A DNA stretch of 64,000 nt from the NCBI RefSeq assembly GCF_000143415.4, contig NW_003314369.1, positions 186,001-250,000 of the forward strand. Direction: 5' to 3'. Below are positions 25,939 to 40,339 of the stretch, piece by piece. The notes beneath the pieces are model-generated. The model saw nothing but the letters and a program-made list of their open reading frames with translations. It ran no database searches and was not told the origin of the DNA. Every line of letters begins with the position of its first letter. Within the stretch, counting starts at the first letter, position 1. The position numbers and the translations under genes were made by a program. The DNA comes from Selaginella moellendorffii. Taxonomy: Eukaryota; Plantae; Lycopodiophyta.

Positions 25939-26800
25939 NNNNNNNNNNNNNNNNNNNNNNNNNNNNNNNNNNNNNNNNNNNNNNNNNNNNNNNNNNNNNN
26001 NNNNNNNNNNNNNNNNNNNNNNNNNNNNNNNNNNNNNNNNNNNNNNNNNNNNNNNNNNNNNNNNNNNNNNNNNNNNNNNNNNNNNNNNNNNNNNNNNNNN
26101 NNNNNNNNNNNNNNNNNNNNNNNNNNNNNNNNNNNNNNNNNNNNNNNNNNNNNNNNNNNNNNNNNNNNNNNNNNNNNNNNNNNNNNNNNNNNNNNNNNNN
26201 NNNNNNNNNNNNNNNNNNNNNNNNNNNNNNNNNNNNNNNNNNNNNNNNNNNNNNNNNNNNNNNNNNNNNNNNNNNNNNNNNNNNNNNNNNNNNNNNNNNN
26301 NNNNNNNNNNNNNNNNNNNNNNNNNNNNNNNNNNNNNNNNNNNNNNNNNNNNNNNNNNNNNNNNNNNNNNNNNNNNNNNNNNNNNNNNNNNNNNNNNNNN
26401 NNNNNNNNNNNNNNNNNNNNNNNNNNNNNNNNNNNNNNNNNNNNNNNNNNNNNNNNNNNNNNNNNNNNNNNNNNNNNNNNNNNNNNNNNNNNNNNNNNNN
26501 NNNNNNNNNNNNNNNNNNNNNNNNNNNNNNNNNNNNNNNNNNNNNNNNNNNNNNNNNNNNNNNNNNNNNNNNNNNNNNNNNNNNNNNNNNNNNNNNNNNN
26601 NNNNNNNNNNNNNNNNNNNNNNNNNNNNNNNNNNNNNNNNNNNNNNNNNNNNNNNNNNNNNNNNNNNNNNNNNNNNNNNNNNNNNNNNNNNNNNNNNNNN
26701 NNNNNNNNNNNNNNNNNNNNNNNNNNNNNNNNNNNNNNNNNNNNNNNNNNNNNNNNNNNNNNNNNNNNNNNNNNNNNNNNNNNNNNNNNNNNNNNNNNNN
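25939..26800. other. Assembly gap (N run)
   Basis: Ns. Confidence 1.
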
Positions 26801-27021
26801 AGATAGTAGCTCTGGAGCTGGACAGCAGTTAGCTCTGGACAAGCCAAAAAGGAAATCTTTGCCATAGAGGAAGTTGCCATCAATATATACATAATATTCC
26901 CTGAGTTTGAATACCAAGTATCTGATCACCCCAAGACAAAGCTAATTCATATCTTGTTTAAATTTTAGAAGAAAAGTCTACATTTCCATATGTAGTTTTA
27001 TTATATTCTCAGCTATCTTTT

Positions 27022-27229
<208 letters not shown>

Positions 27230-27929
27230 AATAGGAAATCTAAACATGAAAGGATTTTTTAATATTATTTTTGTAAGGGATTATTGTTCCTATATTATAT
27301 TATCATTTTAAGTTTTTCAAGCATTATAAATAGTAATTTTTACACAATTTGTGTTATCTTTACTATTCTTTCTTGAATAAAACAAATATAAAAATGAAGA
27401 AAAAATTTAAACATGTTATTTTAAAGTCTATATTTAACTATGAACTTAATATATGTTTAATATATATACATCAATAATTTTATTAAAAATAAAAAGAAAA
27501 TTAATAATATACCTTTCATAATCTGCAATTTTAATTAATTTTTAATTAGTTAATTAAAGTTTTTATTAAATTTTTTTATCCATAAAGAAGTGAAAACATT
27601 AGTGAAAGTTTTTTTTGGCTCAATGTTAGAAATGGACAATACAGATTATAAATGCTCAAATGATGTGTTTGAACTAAAAGCTAATAAATTTAACTCATTT
27701 ATGTTTATATGCTTATATGTTTAACCATGTTATATAAAACTTTAAAATTTCTTTGGAAATTTTAAACAAAAATAAATAGTTAATTTCTTTATATGGGATA
27801 ACACCTCTATAGTGTAAACTTTATTTAAAATATAATAATTTTTAAAAATATTTTTTATTATTAAAAACTCTTTAGTAAAGTTTTATTAGTATTGTGAAAA
27901 TCCTTTTTCCAATTAAAGTTTTTTCATGG

Positions 27930-28560
27930 GAATCTTAAGGATAATGTATACCATTTGTTCAATCATTTTACTGTGATTGTTATCTATTATTTTTGGGATA
28001 ATGTTTGGTGTCTACACAAGTTTCTTATGTGTCTCCAAAGGATGACATTGTAGTGGTACAATGGTTTGAGTGCAACCACTTATGAAGATTGAAACATTCT
28101 CCCAAATATCATTAAATGTGCATTTAGACATATTGATGATTGTGATAATGTATTTCAACAATTGTATTGTTTCTATAAAGGTTGTTTAAATCAGTGATAC
28201 AATTTGGTGTTCACTTTCAAAACCTCTTGCTTTATGCAGAGCTAAATATGTTGGAGTAAATGAAGTTAATGATGTTTTGCCCTGCACTTTATCAAAATCT
28301 TATGAAACTTATACATGCATTTTTATTAGCCACTTTTGACGACACTTTCAATTAGCACAATATTATAAGACATCACTTCTCCCACTTGTCACTATATATA
28401 CTTCAACTCCACTTTATATGGGTGATGATTTTGTTCTAATGAAAGTTGACATTGTTGTTGCCCATATTCAAGGTCAAGGATAAGGTTATAGTTGTGGCCA
28501 TAATGTTTATTATTAGGCCTATGTTAAGGTTGGCTACATGTATCAGCATTATCTATGTTT
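27930..28560 (+). mobile_element. Gypsy-type gag remnant
   Basis: 'KSVIQFGVHFQNL...ATFDDTF' fits the retrotransposon gag pattern, followed by a decayed knuckle. Homologous to 35150-35760 in opposite orientation. Confidence 0.5.
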
Positions 28561-28599
28561 TCCAAATTGACATCTTCTATTCCTTAGGTGGAAGCCTTG

Positions 28600-30750
28600 G
28601 TGTTAACAACACTTAGTTGGTATTGCTATAGTGGAGGTCTTTTGACATATAAATTCTTCCAAGAAATAAAAAATCACACAAGTAGTGGAGGGTTCTTGCA
28701 TAAATAAGTAAATGACCTATCCATCCTTCTTTTGGGAGTACTATCAAAGAGTTCATTTAGCATTAATTTATTCAATATTCATTTTCTAAACTCATTTTTA
28801 AAATAAGATCACTTATTATTCTCATCGTGTTAATTGATATAAGCTCAAGTTTATTTTCTATTGCTCATTTTGTTGCCATATGTTACCATCTATAGTTGCA
28901 TCGTATAGCAGACTCAATCTTCATTCTTTATAGGAATGGCCATATATATGCATATGTGGGGGATGATCCTAAGACCTAACATTGGCAATTTTTGGCAAGT
29001 GTGAAAGTAAACTCAACTCCATTGGTAGTATTGAATCATGACTATATAAAAGTTTATATAGTGAAGCAGTAATAGAACTTTATACCTATGACATATACAT
29101 AACAAAGAGACAACAAATAACCATCATAATCTAAATGCTGAAAGTTCCTTTGAAAGTTTAAATAAATTGTTCCACTAAACCATTTATCTGTGGATGATAA
29201 GCACTCATGAAAGTGTGGCATATCCCCAACCGAAACAATAAAATATGAAATACCTCAATCATAAATATAGGACTATTATTTGAAAGAATTTGCTTAGAAC
29301 AAAATGTTGGAACACCACTCATTTGAGAAGGAGGTATCCAACAACAATCATTGATGCACTAGCAAGAATATTAACTTCCATCTACTGAGTCAAGTAGTCA
29401 TTGCCAATAATTAACCGTGGCAAAATCCCCATTATATCAAATGCCACTAACTCAAATAAATGGGAAATTGCAATCAACTCCAACTATCCTTCTTCAGCAG
29501 AAAAGGGAGTATTATGAGCTTGGCACTAAACACAACTATACATATACGAGATAACATCATATTGCTATTTTGATCTATATAAAGTTTCTTAGTAATATGC
29601 TGATATCCTATATGCCCCTATAGAATAGAATAGTCATAATAAATATCGAGAAGGCATGGAATAAATATCAAAGGTACCACCACCTATAAATGATCATCAA
29701 GATCAGTCTTAACAAAATAAAGAAGGTTATCTAAAATGATAAGTCATTAAAAAGTGATGCAAGATTCTCAAAATCTTTAGATCCACAACTCAACTTTTTG
29801 AGCCTCATGAACCTTGTTAAGAGAAGGTAAATCTTACTCTACACCTTGTGGATACTAAATATCATGTATAATAACTGCCAATGGCACGGAATCTTCATCC
29901 AAAAAATCCACTAATGCTGGAATAACAAGTTTGTCAGGAACAAGATAAGAGAGTGAAGAAGGGAAAAGAGCTTGAGAAGGGGCATTAGCATCAGCGATAA
30001 AACTCCTAAGGCAGTGAACAACCTCAAAATCATATATTTGAAACTTTAGATCATATTGAGCAGTATGACCAACTAAGTTCTTCCACTTCAATAACAAAGT
30101 AACTATAGAATGATCACCTATTAGTAATGTTCAAAAACAATACAAATATATATGAAGCTTCTCAAAACCCTAAATTGTTGCTAAACACTCTTTATTTGTT
30201 GTGGAATAGTTCATCTCTACTGATTGTAATATATAGTTGATGTATGCAATGGGATGGTGTTGACTAAGCACACTCAAACTCTCTTGTATTAACACACTTT
30301 CAACACTAATATAAAAAATATCCATATCCAAAATGAAAAGTTGAGTATAGTCAAGATACACCAAATTATAGGAGTTGTCAATAGTTTGAAATTTGTAAAT
30401 GCTTATTCACAATCTATAAACTAGATGAAAGATGATGTTGATAACTTTAATGATGCTCGTAATAATGTAATATAATAAAAAAGATGATCAATGAAATGAT
30501 TAAGATATTGCGCCTTGCCTATGAAGTGTTACACATTGTTTATATACTTCGGAGTAGGGAACTTTAGAATATTCACAAGTTTGTCAGACTCAACTTGTAA
30601 ACCTTCATAAAAAAGGATGAGGTAAAAAGCTTAACTCGACACCACCCATAATGATTGAAGTTCAAGCTCTAATTATCTCACGTACATAGTTAGGTTTGCC
30701 TTATCTCATACACATGCATGTATATAATGATTGTTATAAAGAATTGAAGA
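28600..30750 (-). mobile_element. Ty3/Gypsy pol remnant (RT end, RNase H, integrase), very degenerate
   Basis: RNase H 'LDYTQLFILDMD...VLIQ...HPIAY...MNYSTTNKECLAT' and 'QIYDFEVVH...ADANAPS'. Confidence 0.75.
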
Positions 30751-32746
30751 CTTATTCTACCACACAATATAACTATAAATGGAAATATGTGGTAACAGGT
30801 TGAGCAATAGAAGATAAACTCAAACCTGTATTAATCAACATGGAAAGAATAATAAAAGACCTTTTGCTATAAAAATAAGTTTGGAAAGTAAACATTGGAT
30901 GAACTGAACCCCTTGATGGTACTCTCCAGAAAAGGATGGAAGGGTCATTGACTTATTCGCGCAAAGACCTTTCACTATATATATTACTCTTCATTTCTTA
31001 AAAAAATCTTTATGTCAAAACCTTCCACTATAACAACACTAATAAGTCATTATTGACACCAAGGCCTCCACTTAGAAAATAAAGGAATCTAGAAAATGCT
31101 AACAATGCTAATATATGTGGCCAACCTCATCACACGTTTAACAGTAGATGTGTAACACATGTGGTTTTCACTCTTTATTCTATGGTGGTTTTCCATAGGA
31201 TAACCACGAAGTAGAACCTAAACCTTCTATGTGCCACATGTCATATGCCACATGTCCAATGATAGCAGAGTGGAATTTTCGTTTTAGAGCCTTGGGCCAC
31301 TAAATGAACAAAACCAAACTCTTAAGCATGGAGTCTAGGAGTGAAGGAATTAGAGCACGTAGCAACTCTTGAAAGAAAAAACTCACGCCGAGAAACACAC
31401 CATGCCCGTGGTGGTGTTTGTGTAGTACCATATCATGTCATTAATGCCTGGCATTTGTTCCTTGTTGCGAGATCATCACATAAGCAAGAACATCCCAAAA
31501 AAAAAAGGAAAAAATTTACCAAGGGTACGTTCTCCTCCTCTTCCTCCTTGAGCATACAACCTTAAACCCTAAAAGTGCACTTTTTTTTCCAATCGATTGG
31601 ATATTACGTCCTTGGGTTTGAATAGTATTACCTTCTGGGAAGTCTAAATTTATGAGCTTACAACTGTATATTTGGAACCCCCCACAGCTTCTCTATTGAG
31701 GAACGCACACTTTGGGCTTTCACCCCAAGTCACCCTTAGTACCAAGAGTTGGTCTCTGAGATAAACTTGAAACTTACTAGTTAGATTGCAAATTTGGATA
31801 TGGGAACAACCAAACATGACTAATACAAAGGGCATGATAGCAAAGTGTTTAATAGACATAGTAAATTGTCATTTAGCAAATATTAAGGGACCAAACTCAA
31901 TATTCTGGGGGTTCCCAATACTAGCAAGTGCAAGTTAATAAATAAGTTTCTTTAATCAAGTCATATATACTTGATTAATAACACTTAGGAATTCTATCCT
32001 TATGCTCTTCTAGCCAAGAGTACATGCGAAGACCAATTCTTTAATTAGCTTGAGTGGAGACTAAAAGAGGGTCTAACAATACTGACCTCTTGCTATCATG
32101 GCAATAAAGAAAGAATATTCAAAAAGACTAGCCGATAAATAACTTTTGATACTTGCAATCACATTTGTTACAAGATATCATAGCCATAACCATGCCCTCA
32201 CCTTTATCCTTGAGTACAAGTAGCAGCAACATCAACCTCCATTGGAACATAATTATCTTGTAAGCAACCAAAAAAATGAATCAAGAGACGGGGTTCAAAT
32301 ATAAAGGGAAAAAACCCATAAACAAAAATGTGCCCCCTTTTCCAATTGATTAAAGGCCTTAGGATATTTAAGGTTAAGTATCCTTATATTTAAATAGCAC
32401 TAGGATGGGTGACATTTTGAGAAGTTCAAACTCAAAAACTTACATTTGATATTGAAGTAGTCTTAGGTCTAACTCTATTAGTTGGCTAGGGAAATCATAC
32501 CATATGTTAATATTAACATCTGATAGGTTTAGTTTGCCTCCAACTAAGCTTGACCCGAGGGATAGGGTGTTAAGAGTCTTGGGAAAGATGCGGCTCTCAT
32601 CTTCCATTCACGAAGGTGTAAATTTGTAGAGAATTGTGGTGGATTATAAATAACTAAAAAGAATGATTTAAGAAACTATTTATATGAGTTCAAATATAAA
32701 GGAATGAACAAGAGTGCACCCTTTTTTAAGAGTTTTGTGATACTTG

Positions 32747-33831
32747 TGTAAGCGACTAATTTTTCCATTCTACTTTAGTCACTTAACCGCACCTCCGACC
32801 ACTTGGAGGAGTCTCATTCACAACCTCCATAAGTCCAACTCAGGACTTGGGGCTTGCTAGCCCCGAGAATGGCATCCATGCCACTCAACCTTAGCACTTG
32901 GTCCAAGTGCTCCACGTGTCCGATCCCATGATCGACACCCCAAGGTACCACCGACGTATCAGCCCGTTACGCTAAGGCCATGCCCATTTACCTTGGTCAC
33001 ACTGGTGGTCCAACACCACCTGCATTCCAATCCCGTCTCTCAAAGACTGGGTCATCCGTCCATGAGTGATCATCCCAGATCCACTCCTTAACCTCCTTAG
33101 GAGGCCTACAGACATGGGGAATAGCCTTCCCCAATATCTCTATTCCGGTCCCCATCAAGTCCCTTTTTTGTCCTTGGCTGTGTTCGCCAATGCTGCCACT
33201 GGATCAAGGCCCACAGGCCCGACCACTAAGTCCCACTATCCTCTAGGACTTCCTCACTGTGTGACTGTGTCCTTGGTCACCACACCAGAGGGCTACCCCT
33301 CTTCCTTTCCACAGTCTAGGACTTAGGGACACCATTTCGGAACACTGTGGCCCTACGCGGGCCTCATGGGTACTCTCCCCGCCTTCCGCCTTTGGGTGCT
33401 CTAGCCATGGGATTAGAGCGAGGTTCCGTTGAGCCACACCAGGTATCCAAGTAGGTAGTGCCACCCACACTTGGACTGGGAGCATCGGCCAGACGATCTC
33501 CCAAGGGAACTAGAGCCGGCTCTTGAACACTTCACCAAGCTACCCCGCTTGTCGGTCCATGTTCACTCTAGTCTTGGACTTCCCAATGGGCAGCTCATCA
33601 CCCAACACTGGGTTCGGCCTTCCTAGGCCAAACTGGCCTTTCCTGGCCAAACTGGCTCCACTGCAGTCCTCCCCCTACTATACTTTTGGAGCTCACCAAA
33701 CCCCCCAGGATCTGGGAGACGAACGCTTTGGGCTTTCACCCTCTCAGACTCGAACTCGGACTCGGACTCGGACTCGGACTCGGACTCGGGCTCGGTCTCG
33801 GGCTCGGCCTCGGCCTCAGTCTCGGTCCCGA

Positions 33832-33881
<50 letters not shown>

Positions 33882-35038
33882 CCGGTCTTGGTCTCGACTT
33901 CGGACTCCATCTCGGGTCCATCTCGGACTCCATCTCGGACTCCATCTCGGGTCCATCTCAGACTCCATTTCGGGTCCATCTCGGACTCCATCTCAGGTCC
34001 ATCTCGGACTCCATCTTGGACTCCATTTCGGGTCCATCTTGGGTCCACCTCGGACTCCACCTCGGACTCCATCTCGGGTCCATCTCGGACTCCATCTCGG
34101 ACTCCATTTCGGGTCCACCTCGGACTCCACCTCAGACTCCACCTCGGACTCCATCTCGGGTCCATCTCGGACTCCATCTTGGACTCCACTTCGGGTCCAT
34201 CTCGGGTCCACCTCGGACTCCAGCTTGGACTCCATCTCGGACTCCATCTCGGACTCCATTTCGGGTCCCTCTCGGGTCCACCTCGGACTCCACCTCAGAC
34301 TCCATCTCGGGTCCATCTCGGACTCCATTTCGGGTCCATCTCGGGTCCACCTCGGACTCCACCTCGGACTCCATCTCAGGTCCATCTCAGACTCCATCTC
34401 GGACTCCATTTCGGGTCCCTCTCGGGTCCACCTCGGACTCCATCTCGGACTCCATTTCGGGTCCATCTCGGGTCCACCTTGGACTCCACCTCGAACTCCA
34501 CCTCGGACTCCATCTCGGGTCCATCTCGGACTCTATCTCAGACTCCACTTCGGGTCATCTCGGGTCCACCTCGGACTCCATCTCGGGTCCATCTCGGACT
34601 CCATCTCAGACTCCATTTCGGGTCCCTCTCAGGTCCACCTCAGACTCCACCTCGGACTCCATCTCGGGTCCATCTCGAGTCCACCTCGGACTCCACCTCG
34701 GACTCCATCTCGGGTCCATCTCGGACTCCATCTCGGACTCCATTTCGGGTCCCTCTCGGGTCCACCTCGGACTCCACCTCGGACTCCATCTCGGGTCCAT
34801 CTCGGACACTTCCACGTGTCATGTTTTGGTCCTTTTGGGTCCCTTTTTGGAGCCTCGCCTATGGCTCGCTTCGTGCTCATTCCTCAAGCACTTCGTTGGG
34901 AGTTCCACTCCCGCTCTTGACTTTTCAAGTTGGAGCTTTTGGTCCAAACGTGTTATGCTCGTTTGGCTCTCGCTTCGGCCACTACCACGTGGCGCCCTTC
35001 CGGCTCCACTTTGGGGCCTAGGGATTTTGTGTCTCACA
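32747..35038. mobile_element. Solo LTR (2292 bp) with 5-bp TSD ACTTG
   Basis: Begins TGTAAGCGAC and ends GTCTCACA (TG...CA, imperfect inverted ends). ACTTG at 32742-32746 and 35039-35043. Much higher GC than its flanks. Confidence 0.85.
33745..34807. repeat. Minisatellite inside the solo LTR: CTCGGA/CTCGGT hexamers grading into 11-12 bp CTCGG(A/G)(C)TCCA(T/C) units
   Basis: Directly visible tandem array of about 1.06 kb. Confidence 0.97.
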
Positions 35039-35149
35039 ACTTGGGATTAAACATCTTTAGATTTGAAGAATACTAGGCTAAAAGACCTCTCAAGAAGTCT
35101 AAATTCATAAGCTTACACATCTTTCATAAGAAGTGAAGTTGAAAGATGT

Positions 35150-35760
35150 ACAACAAGAAATGGAAGAAGCAAATGTCTCATAACATTATGTCAGTTGAAG
35201 AGCATCGTCAAAAGTGGCTAGAGCAAGTGCATGCATAAGTCCTATAAAATCTTAATGAAGTGTTAGCCACGACGTTCCCAACTTGATCCACTCTAATATA
35301 TTTGGTTCCACACGAAGCCAGAGGCTTTAGAAGCAAATACCAAATTGCATTGCTAACTCATATGGCCCTTGATAACATAATGTTGTGTTAGTCGAAGAGT
35401 ATTGTCAAGGGTGGCTAAAACAAGTGCATGCACAAATCCCACAAGATCTTAACAAAGTGTTGGCTACAACATTTTCAACTTGATCCATTCTGATATATTT
35501 AGTTCCACACAAAACCAAAAACTCTAGAAGCGAATGCTAAATTGCATCACTGACTTACATGGCCTTTGATAAAAATGATGTAGTGGTACAATGGTTTAAG
35601 CATAGCCACTCATGCAGATTGGAACATTTTCCTAAGCATGTATTTAGATATGCTAACAATTATGATGATGCCTTTGAACAATTGCAATGCTTTCCCTTGG
35701 AGACATATAGGAAACTCATGCAAATGATGCCTCCCTTAAGTAATAACACTTTATTTTTGG
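35150..35760 (-). mobile_element. Gypsy-type gag remnant with an internal ~200-bp tandem duplication
   Basis: Two copies of 'gtggcta.a.caagtgcatgca...caacttgatcca'; homology to 27930-28560. Confidence 0.5.
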
Positions 35761-35799
35761 CATGTCCAACTAATTGCCACTAAAGGTAAGTAGTTGTTT

Positions 35800-37031
35800 A
35801 GCCTCATGCTTAACCTCAATATACACCCTTAACCATCCAAGTCAGGATAATAGGATAAAAAAAGGGCCCTACAATCAAGTGATCACCCCTTTAGCCAGTT
35901 GGCTTAGGGTGTAAGGGATAGGATCCTAACATTGGTATTGGAGCCCAGTTTGATTCTTGTAGCTGACGAGTGGGGCAGAATATTCTGAAGGAATATTCAA
36001 TATGGTGGATCTCCCTCTTATTCAATATGGTGGATCTAGAGGGAGAACCAAGGTTTGGTAAGGGATGCAAGGAATTTGTATGGCTGAGACAACTCCTAAA
36101 GGATCTTGAGGTTGAGCAACTAAACCATTAGTTGGTGTGATAACTAGAGCAGTGCAATCTTGTTTGTCATGAGCAAAGCAAACATATCCTTAAGCAATTT
36201 ATGAGGGAACAAGTCAAAGTTGGCATCATGCATATCAACTACTTGCCAAAGTTGGCATCATGCATATCAACTACTTGCCAACTAAGGAGATGCTCGGGGA
36301 TGCAAGGAACTTGTATGGCTGAGACAACTCCTAAAGGATCTTGAGGCTGAGCAACTAAACCATTAGTTGGTGAAGTCAAAGTTGGCATCATGCATATCAA
36401 CTACTTGCCAACTAAGGAGATGCTCGGGGATGCAAGGAACTTGTATGGCTGAGACAACTCCTAAAGGATCTTGAGGCTGAGCAACTAAACCATTAGTTGG
36501 TGTGATAACTAGAGCAGTGCAATCTTGTTTGTCATGAGCAAAGCAAACATATCCTTAAGCAATTTATGAGGGAACAAGTCAAAGTTGGCATCATGCATAT
36601 CAACTACTTGCCAACTAAGGAGATGCTCACAGATGTGTTAATGAAGCTCTTGGCATTGGATGCAGCTTAGAATCTATTGAGTTCTAGCTTACGAGGAAGT
36701 GTTGAGATATAAGCCTGAACTCAACAGAGTGTGTTACTGATGTTGCCTTTTTCTAACAAATGGCATGCTCATGGTCTGAGACATATGCTCCCAAGGGGCA
36801 CATGGAGCTGGCCATAGCATGATCACCTACAAGAGCTCCAACAACATTGTATTCATGGGCCTCCTTGTGGGATTTAGGGACATGTAATGGTGCTAGAAGT
36901 GCTTCTACTTGATGGGTTTTGACTTTGAATTGAGCCTTGTATGGTGTGGATGCACTGGGACAAGTTGGATATCTGTAGCAGGTGATATTTTTTCTTTAAT
37001 TAAAAGTGTGGAGCTTTGAGCATATTCAACA
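35800..37031 (+). mobile_element. Copia remnant: LTR end and PBS, tandemly triplicated RNase H end, PPT and 3' LTR (36700-37031)
   Basis: ..CTAACA followed by TGGTATTGGAGCCC (35933); 'HEQSKHI..FMREQV..INYLPTKEMLTDVLMKLL'; purine run GAGGAAG then TGTTGA...TTCAACA. Confidence 0.75.
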
Positions 37032-38229
37032 CTTCAAGAAACTAGATTCAATGACTCTCTCTGTTAAGCTTGATTTCAGAAAAAAAAACCACTTATAACA
37101 AATATTAAATGTCTAAAGGCCCAAGCAATTTTTATATTCCAAAGATTATGTATGTATGAACTACAATTTTGTGAATAAATTGTTAATTCTTTTTATATTA
37201 TTAATATTAAAAAAAAAATTATAGAGTAAAATCTTTAAAAGTAATCACATGAAGAAAAAAACAACAATATTCATTCATTCACTCATTAGCTGTTTGCAAG
37301 TTTCACAGCACTCACTAAAAAGTACATGATTTGATATAATATGATATGAGCACACATATGTTGTGCATTATATACCCTATATCATCCAATCAATTTTTGG
37401 CCAAACCAAATATCTTAGGGCATTAAATTAGCCTAATGATGCTAATTTAATGCCAATCCTTAATGAAATTTTACATTTTTTATTTAATGTCTAGAGGTAG
37501 GGCTACTAGAGATCTTGGATTCTTCCAATTCGTGCTGATGGAAATAGCTTCTAGTAGCAATTTGAGTATGAGGGATCAGTTGCCCTCTCTCAATTATTAT
37601 TATTATTATTTTAAATAATATGATGTGTAAAAATATTATTATAAAAGTAAACAAAGATAAATAAATGTTAGCTAAATACAAATAATTTCATTTGCAAGTG
37701 GGAAAAATGGTCCAATTAAATTAATAAATTAAGTTCATATTCCCTAATTTAATAGAGCAAGTGCAAAATATCCCTTATATTAGAAGATAACTATCAAGGA
37801 TGAAGTATGAGTGATATGAAATTAGTCTTGTGTATTCTGTTTCTTTAGCAAAATCAATATAAATAAGTGGTAATCATTATTTTTATTTATATTTGTAAAT
37901 TTTGAAAGTAAAATATATCAGATTTTATTGCATACTAAAAAATCTAAATAGATAGGAAACATTTTTTTTCTTATTATTACAATAAACATTATATAATAAC
38001 GTGATTTGCTAAAATAAATCCATCACACAGTTAGATTTTCTTCTACCAATACATTCTTTGGAAATATATCATAGAGGGGGGGGGGGCCTGGGAGAGGGAG
38101 GAAATAAAATACATATTAATAATAATTTTAAAATCAAAGTTATATAGCTTCAATGCCATATATTAATATTAGCGTAATAGGATTTTAATAGCTATCAGAT
38201 TAGGTAGAAACATGGGAGTTATTGCTCAG

Positions 38230-39945
38230 CAATATGTTCAAAGACATCTTGGACCATCTCTGTCTAGGGTTTATGCTTTAAAGCAACGGTTCTCAATTCG
38301 TTAGCAATTGATGCATCCTCTTCAAAGCCAGTAAGGAACACAAGGACCAAAAGATCTTTGTTGATAAAGCTAGTGGGCAATGGCTTACTTTGGCTTGGGA
38401 AAGTCATTTTCTATAAAGATAATGTTTGCATTGTTCAAGTACTCTTTTCCTCCATCAGTTCATATGGCTTTCATTTTTCTCTTAAGCTTCATCTCAGCAT
38501 GTGAGTTGTAAAATTTAAAGGCTTCAATAACCTCACTCTTGCTCGAAGAAAAAAGATGTACATAATGCCACAAAAACATATTGTTTTCTTGCTTTGCAAT
38601 CACAGGAAGGTGCCCAACATTCACTACATGCTGCCTTCCTAAAAAAAACCTTGTATAAATTCCCTTAATACTCTCTATGTAAGAGTTTCATCCTAGACAC
38701 TTTGAACGTGTGCTTGTTAACAAATCAAAATTCTTCTAAGTGTTCAATATGTTATCAACACCTTCATCATCAAAAATCACCACCACATTTTTGTCACAAA
38801 CTTGAAGTTCCTTTGCAAAGTTGGGACATGCATCACATTTGTGAAAAACCATGTCTTTTCCATTGTCAAGCTTAAGCAAGTATATCTACCAAAACAACTC
38901 CACTATTTTGTTTGATAGATTTATACTCTTCAAACATGTATTTATTCATAGACATCAAGTTAGTAGAAGTAGAGTCCAAGACCCAAGTTTTACTATTCCC
39001 AAGAGTCTCAACATTTACTACTCCCAAGAGTCTTTTTTTCTTCCATAATCACATCTTCTTCAATATTAGAGCAATCTTGAGCTCAATGGTTGTGCTCTCA
39101 ACAAGTTTGCATTGGTCATGACCAATGTGCTTGGATTCACTTTGTCCACCTTGCCTATAGCTTGAACAACCACTCCCTTGTGAGCTCTCAGCAGTTCCAT
39201 GAGCTCAAGAGCCTTTAGGAGCTCTGTTTCCTCACCACACCCAGCATATCCATTGGCATGCCTCCTTGCTGCATGCCACAACCACACCCAGAACATGCCT
39301 TGCTTATCATATTTGGCTTGGCACACCTTGCATACATAGCCTGATGAATTTCATAGGTTTGGTTCTCTCCTTGCATAGCAAGGAGATTTGGCTCCCTTAT
39401 CAAATCCTCTGCAGATCCTTCCCTTTTTTGTGGCAGAGGCTTGTAGAGCTTTGATTCGGGAACCTTATTATGCTCTTTACCTTGTGCAGCCAGGTCTGCA
39501 AACAACCGGCTTAGACATTCATATCACCCCCCTCGAAGGTACACGCATCCAGCCGCAAATGGATCCCCATGACCTCCATGTCACTCTTCTTGCCCAACCA
39601 TTTCCATACATGTCCTTTTGCCATGTTTACCTTGATAAAAATCCCATGACTCAGGTAGGAATAGATGCAGCAGACAACTCTAGTTCTCCAGTCTCTGGGC
39701 CTCCAGTCCATGGCCGACCACTGGCTCTGGATCAGAGAAATCCACAATGCCATACACTCGAAGCATTTGGTTTCCATGAGCTTCTTCCAGAGGCTAAAAT
39801 CTTTCCCACTGAGAACAAATCCATCAGGCTCATCTACAAGCACCCACGAGCAACAGCATGGCCGAGCATGTTAGAGAAAGGCTACAATGCACGGAAAACC
39901 TAACGTGAGTGGCACGCTCTATTGAGTTCCAGCTTATATCTCACG
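38230..39945 (-). mobile_element. Second Copia remnant of a related family (LTR start, gag, decayed protease/integrase)
   Basis: Reverse complement of 39920-39945 (GAGATATAAGCTGGAACTCAA) matches the 36700 LTR start; gag 'VLSGKDFSLWKKLME..ALW'; knuckle 'RCAKPNMISKAC'. Confidence 0.65.
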
Positions 39946-40339
39946 GGAACAATCATGAATAGGGCGTTCGAGTGGGCATGTCCTGGACTTTTTCAAGGAT
40001 GCCGTTGCGTGAGCCCTGTTAGGAGCCCCGCCCACGGTGTCTAGCTCGGGCATTGCAAAGAACAAGCTTTTGACCTGGTCTATGCTGGGCATAGAACACT
40101 AGGACAAGGTCTCGTTCTCGAAAAACGATAAGGCTTGCTCGATCTTACTTTGAAAATCAAAGTCTAGGAGATTGTGCATTTATATGTGTAGAACCTAATG
40201 TCAAGGATTGTAATACTTTCAACATTTAATCGGTTTTGCATAGGGTTTTTTTTTTTGTATTTCTTAATTTTTGAGAAAATAAAGTGAGCGTTTGCAGTTA
40301 CCCCGCGGATTCCTGGCATTGCCTCGAACATCCCTTGAT

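Noticed and set aside
24441-26929. Long ORFs of 808, 398 and 336 aa
   Set aside because: Antisense shadows of the GC-rich F-box/LRR gene and read-through of the N gap.
31150-32746. Possible further LTR (starts TGTAACAC, internal repeated GTGC..CTTTT motifs)
   Set aside because: No matching terminus, TSD or PBS could be located by eye.
33523-35050. 465, 454 and 377 aa ORFs (SR-rich, LGLH repeats), and a possible CRISPR-like array
   Set aside because: Translations of a stop-free minisatellite inside a solo LTR; there are no unique spacers and the context is eukaryotic.
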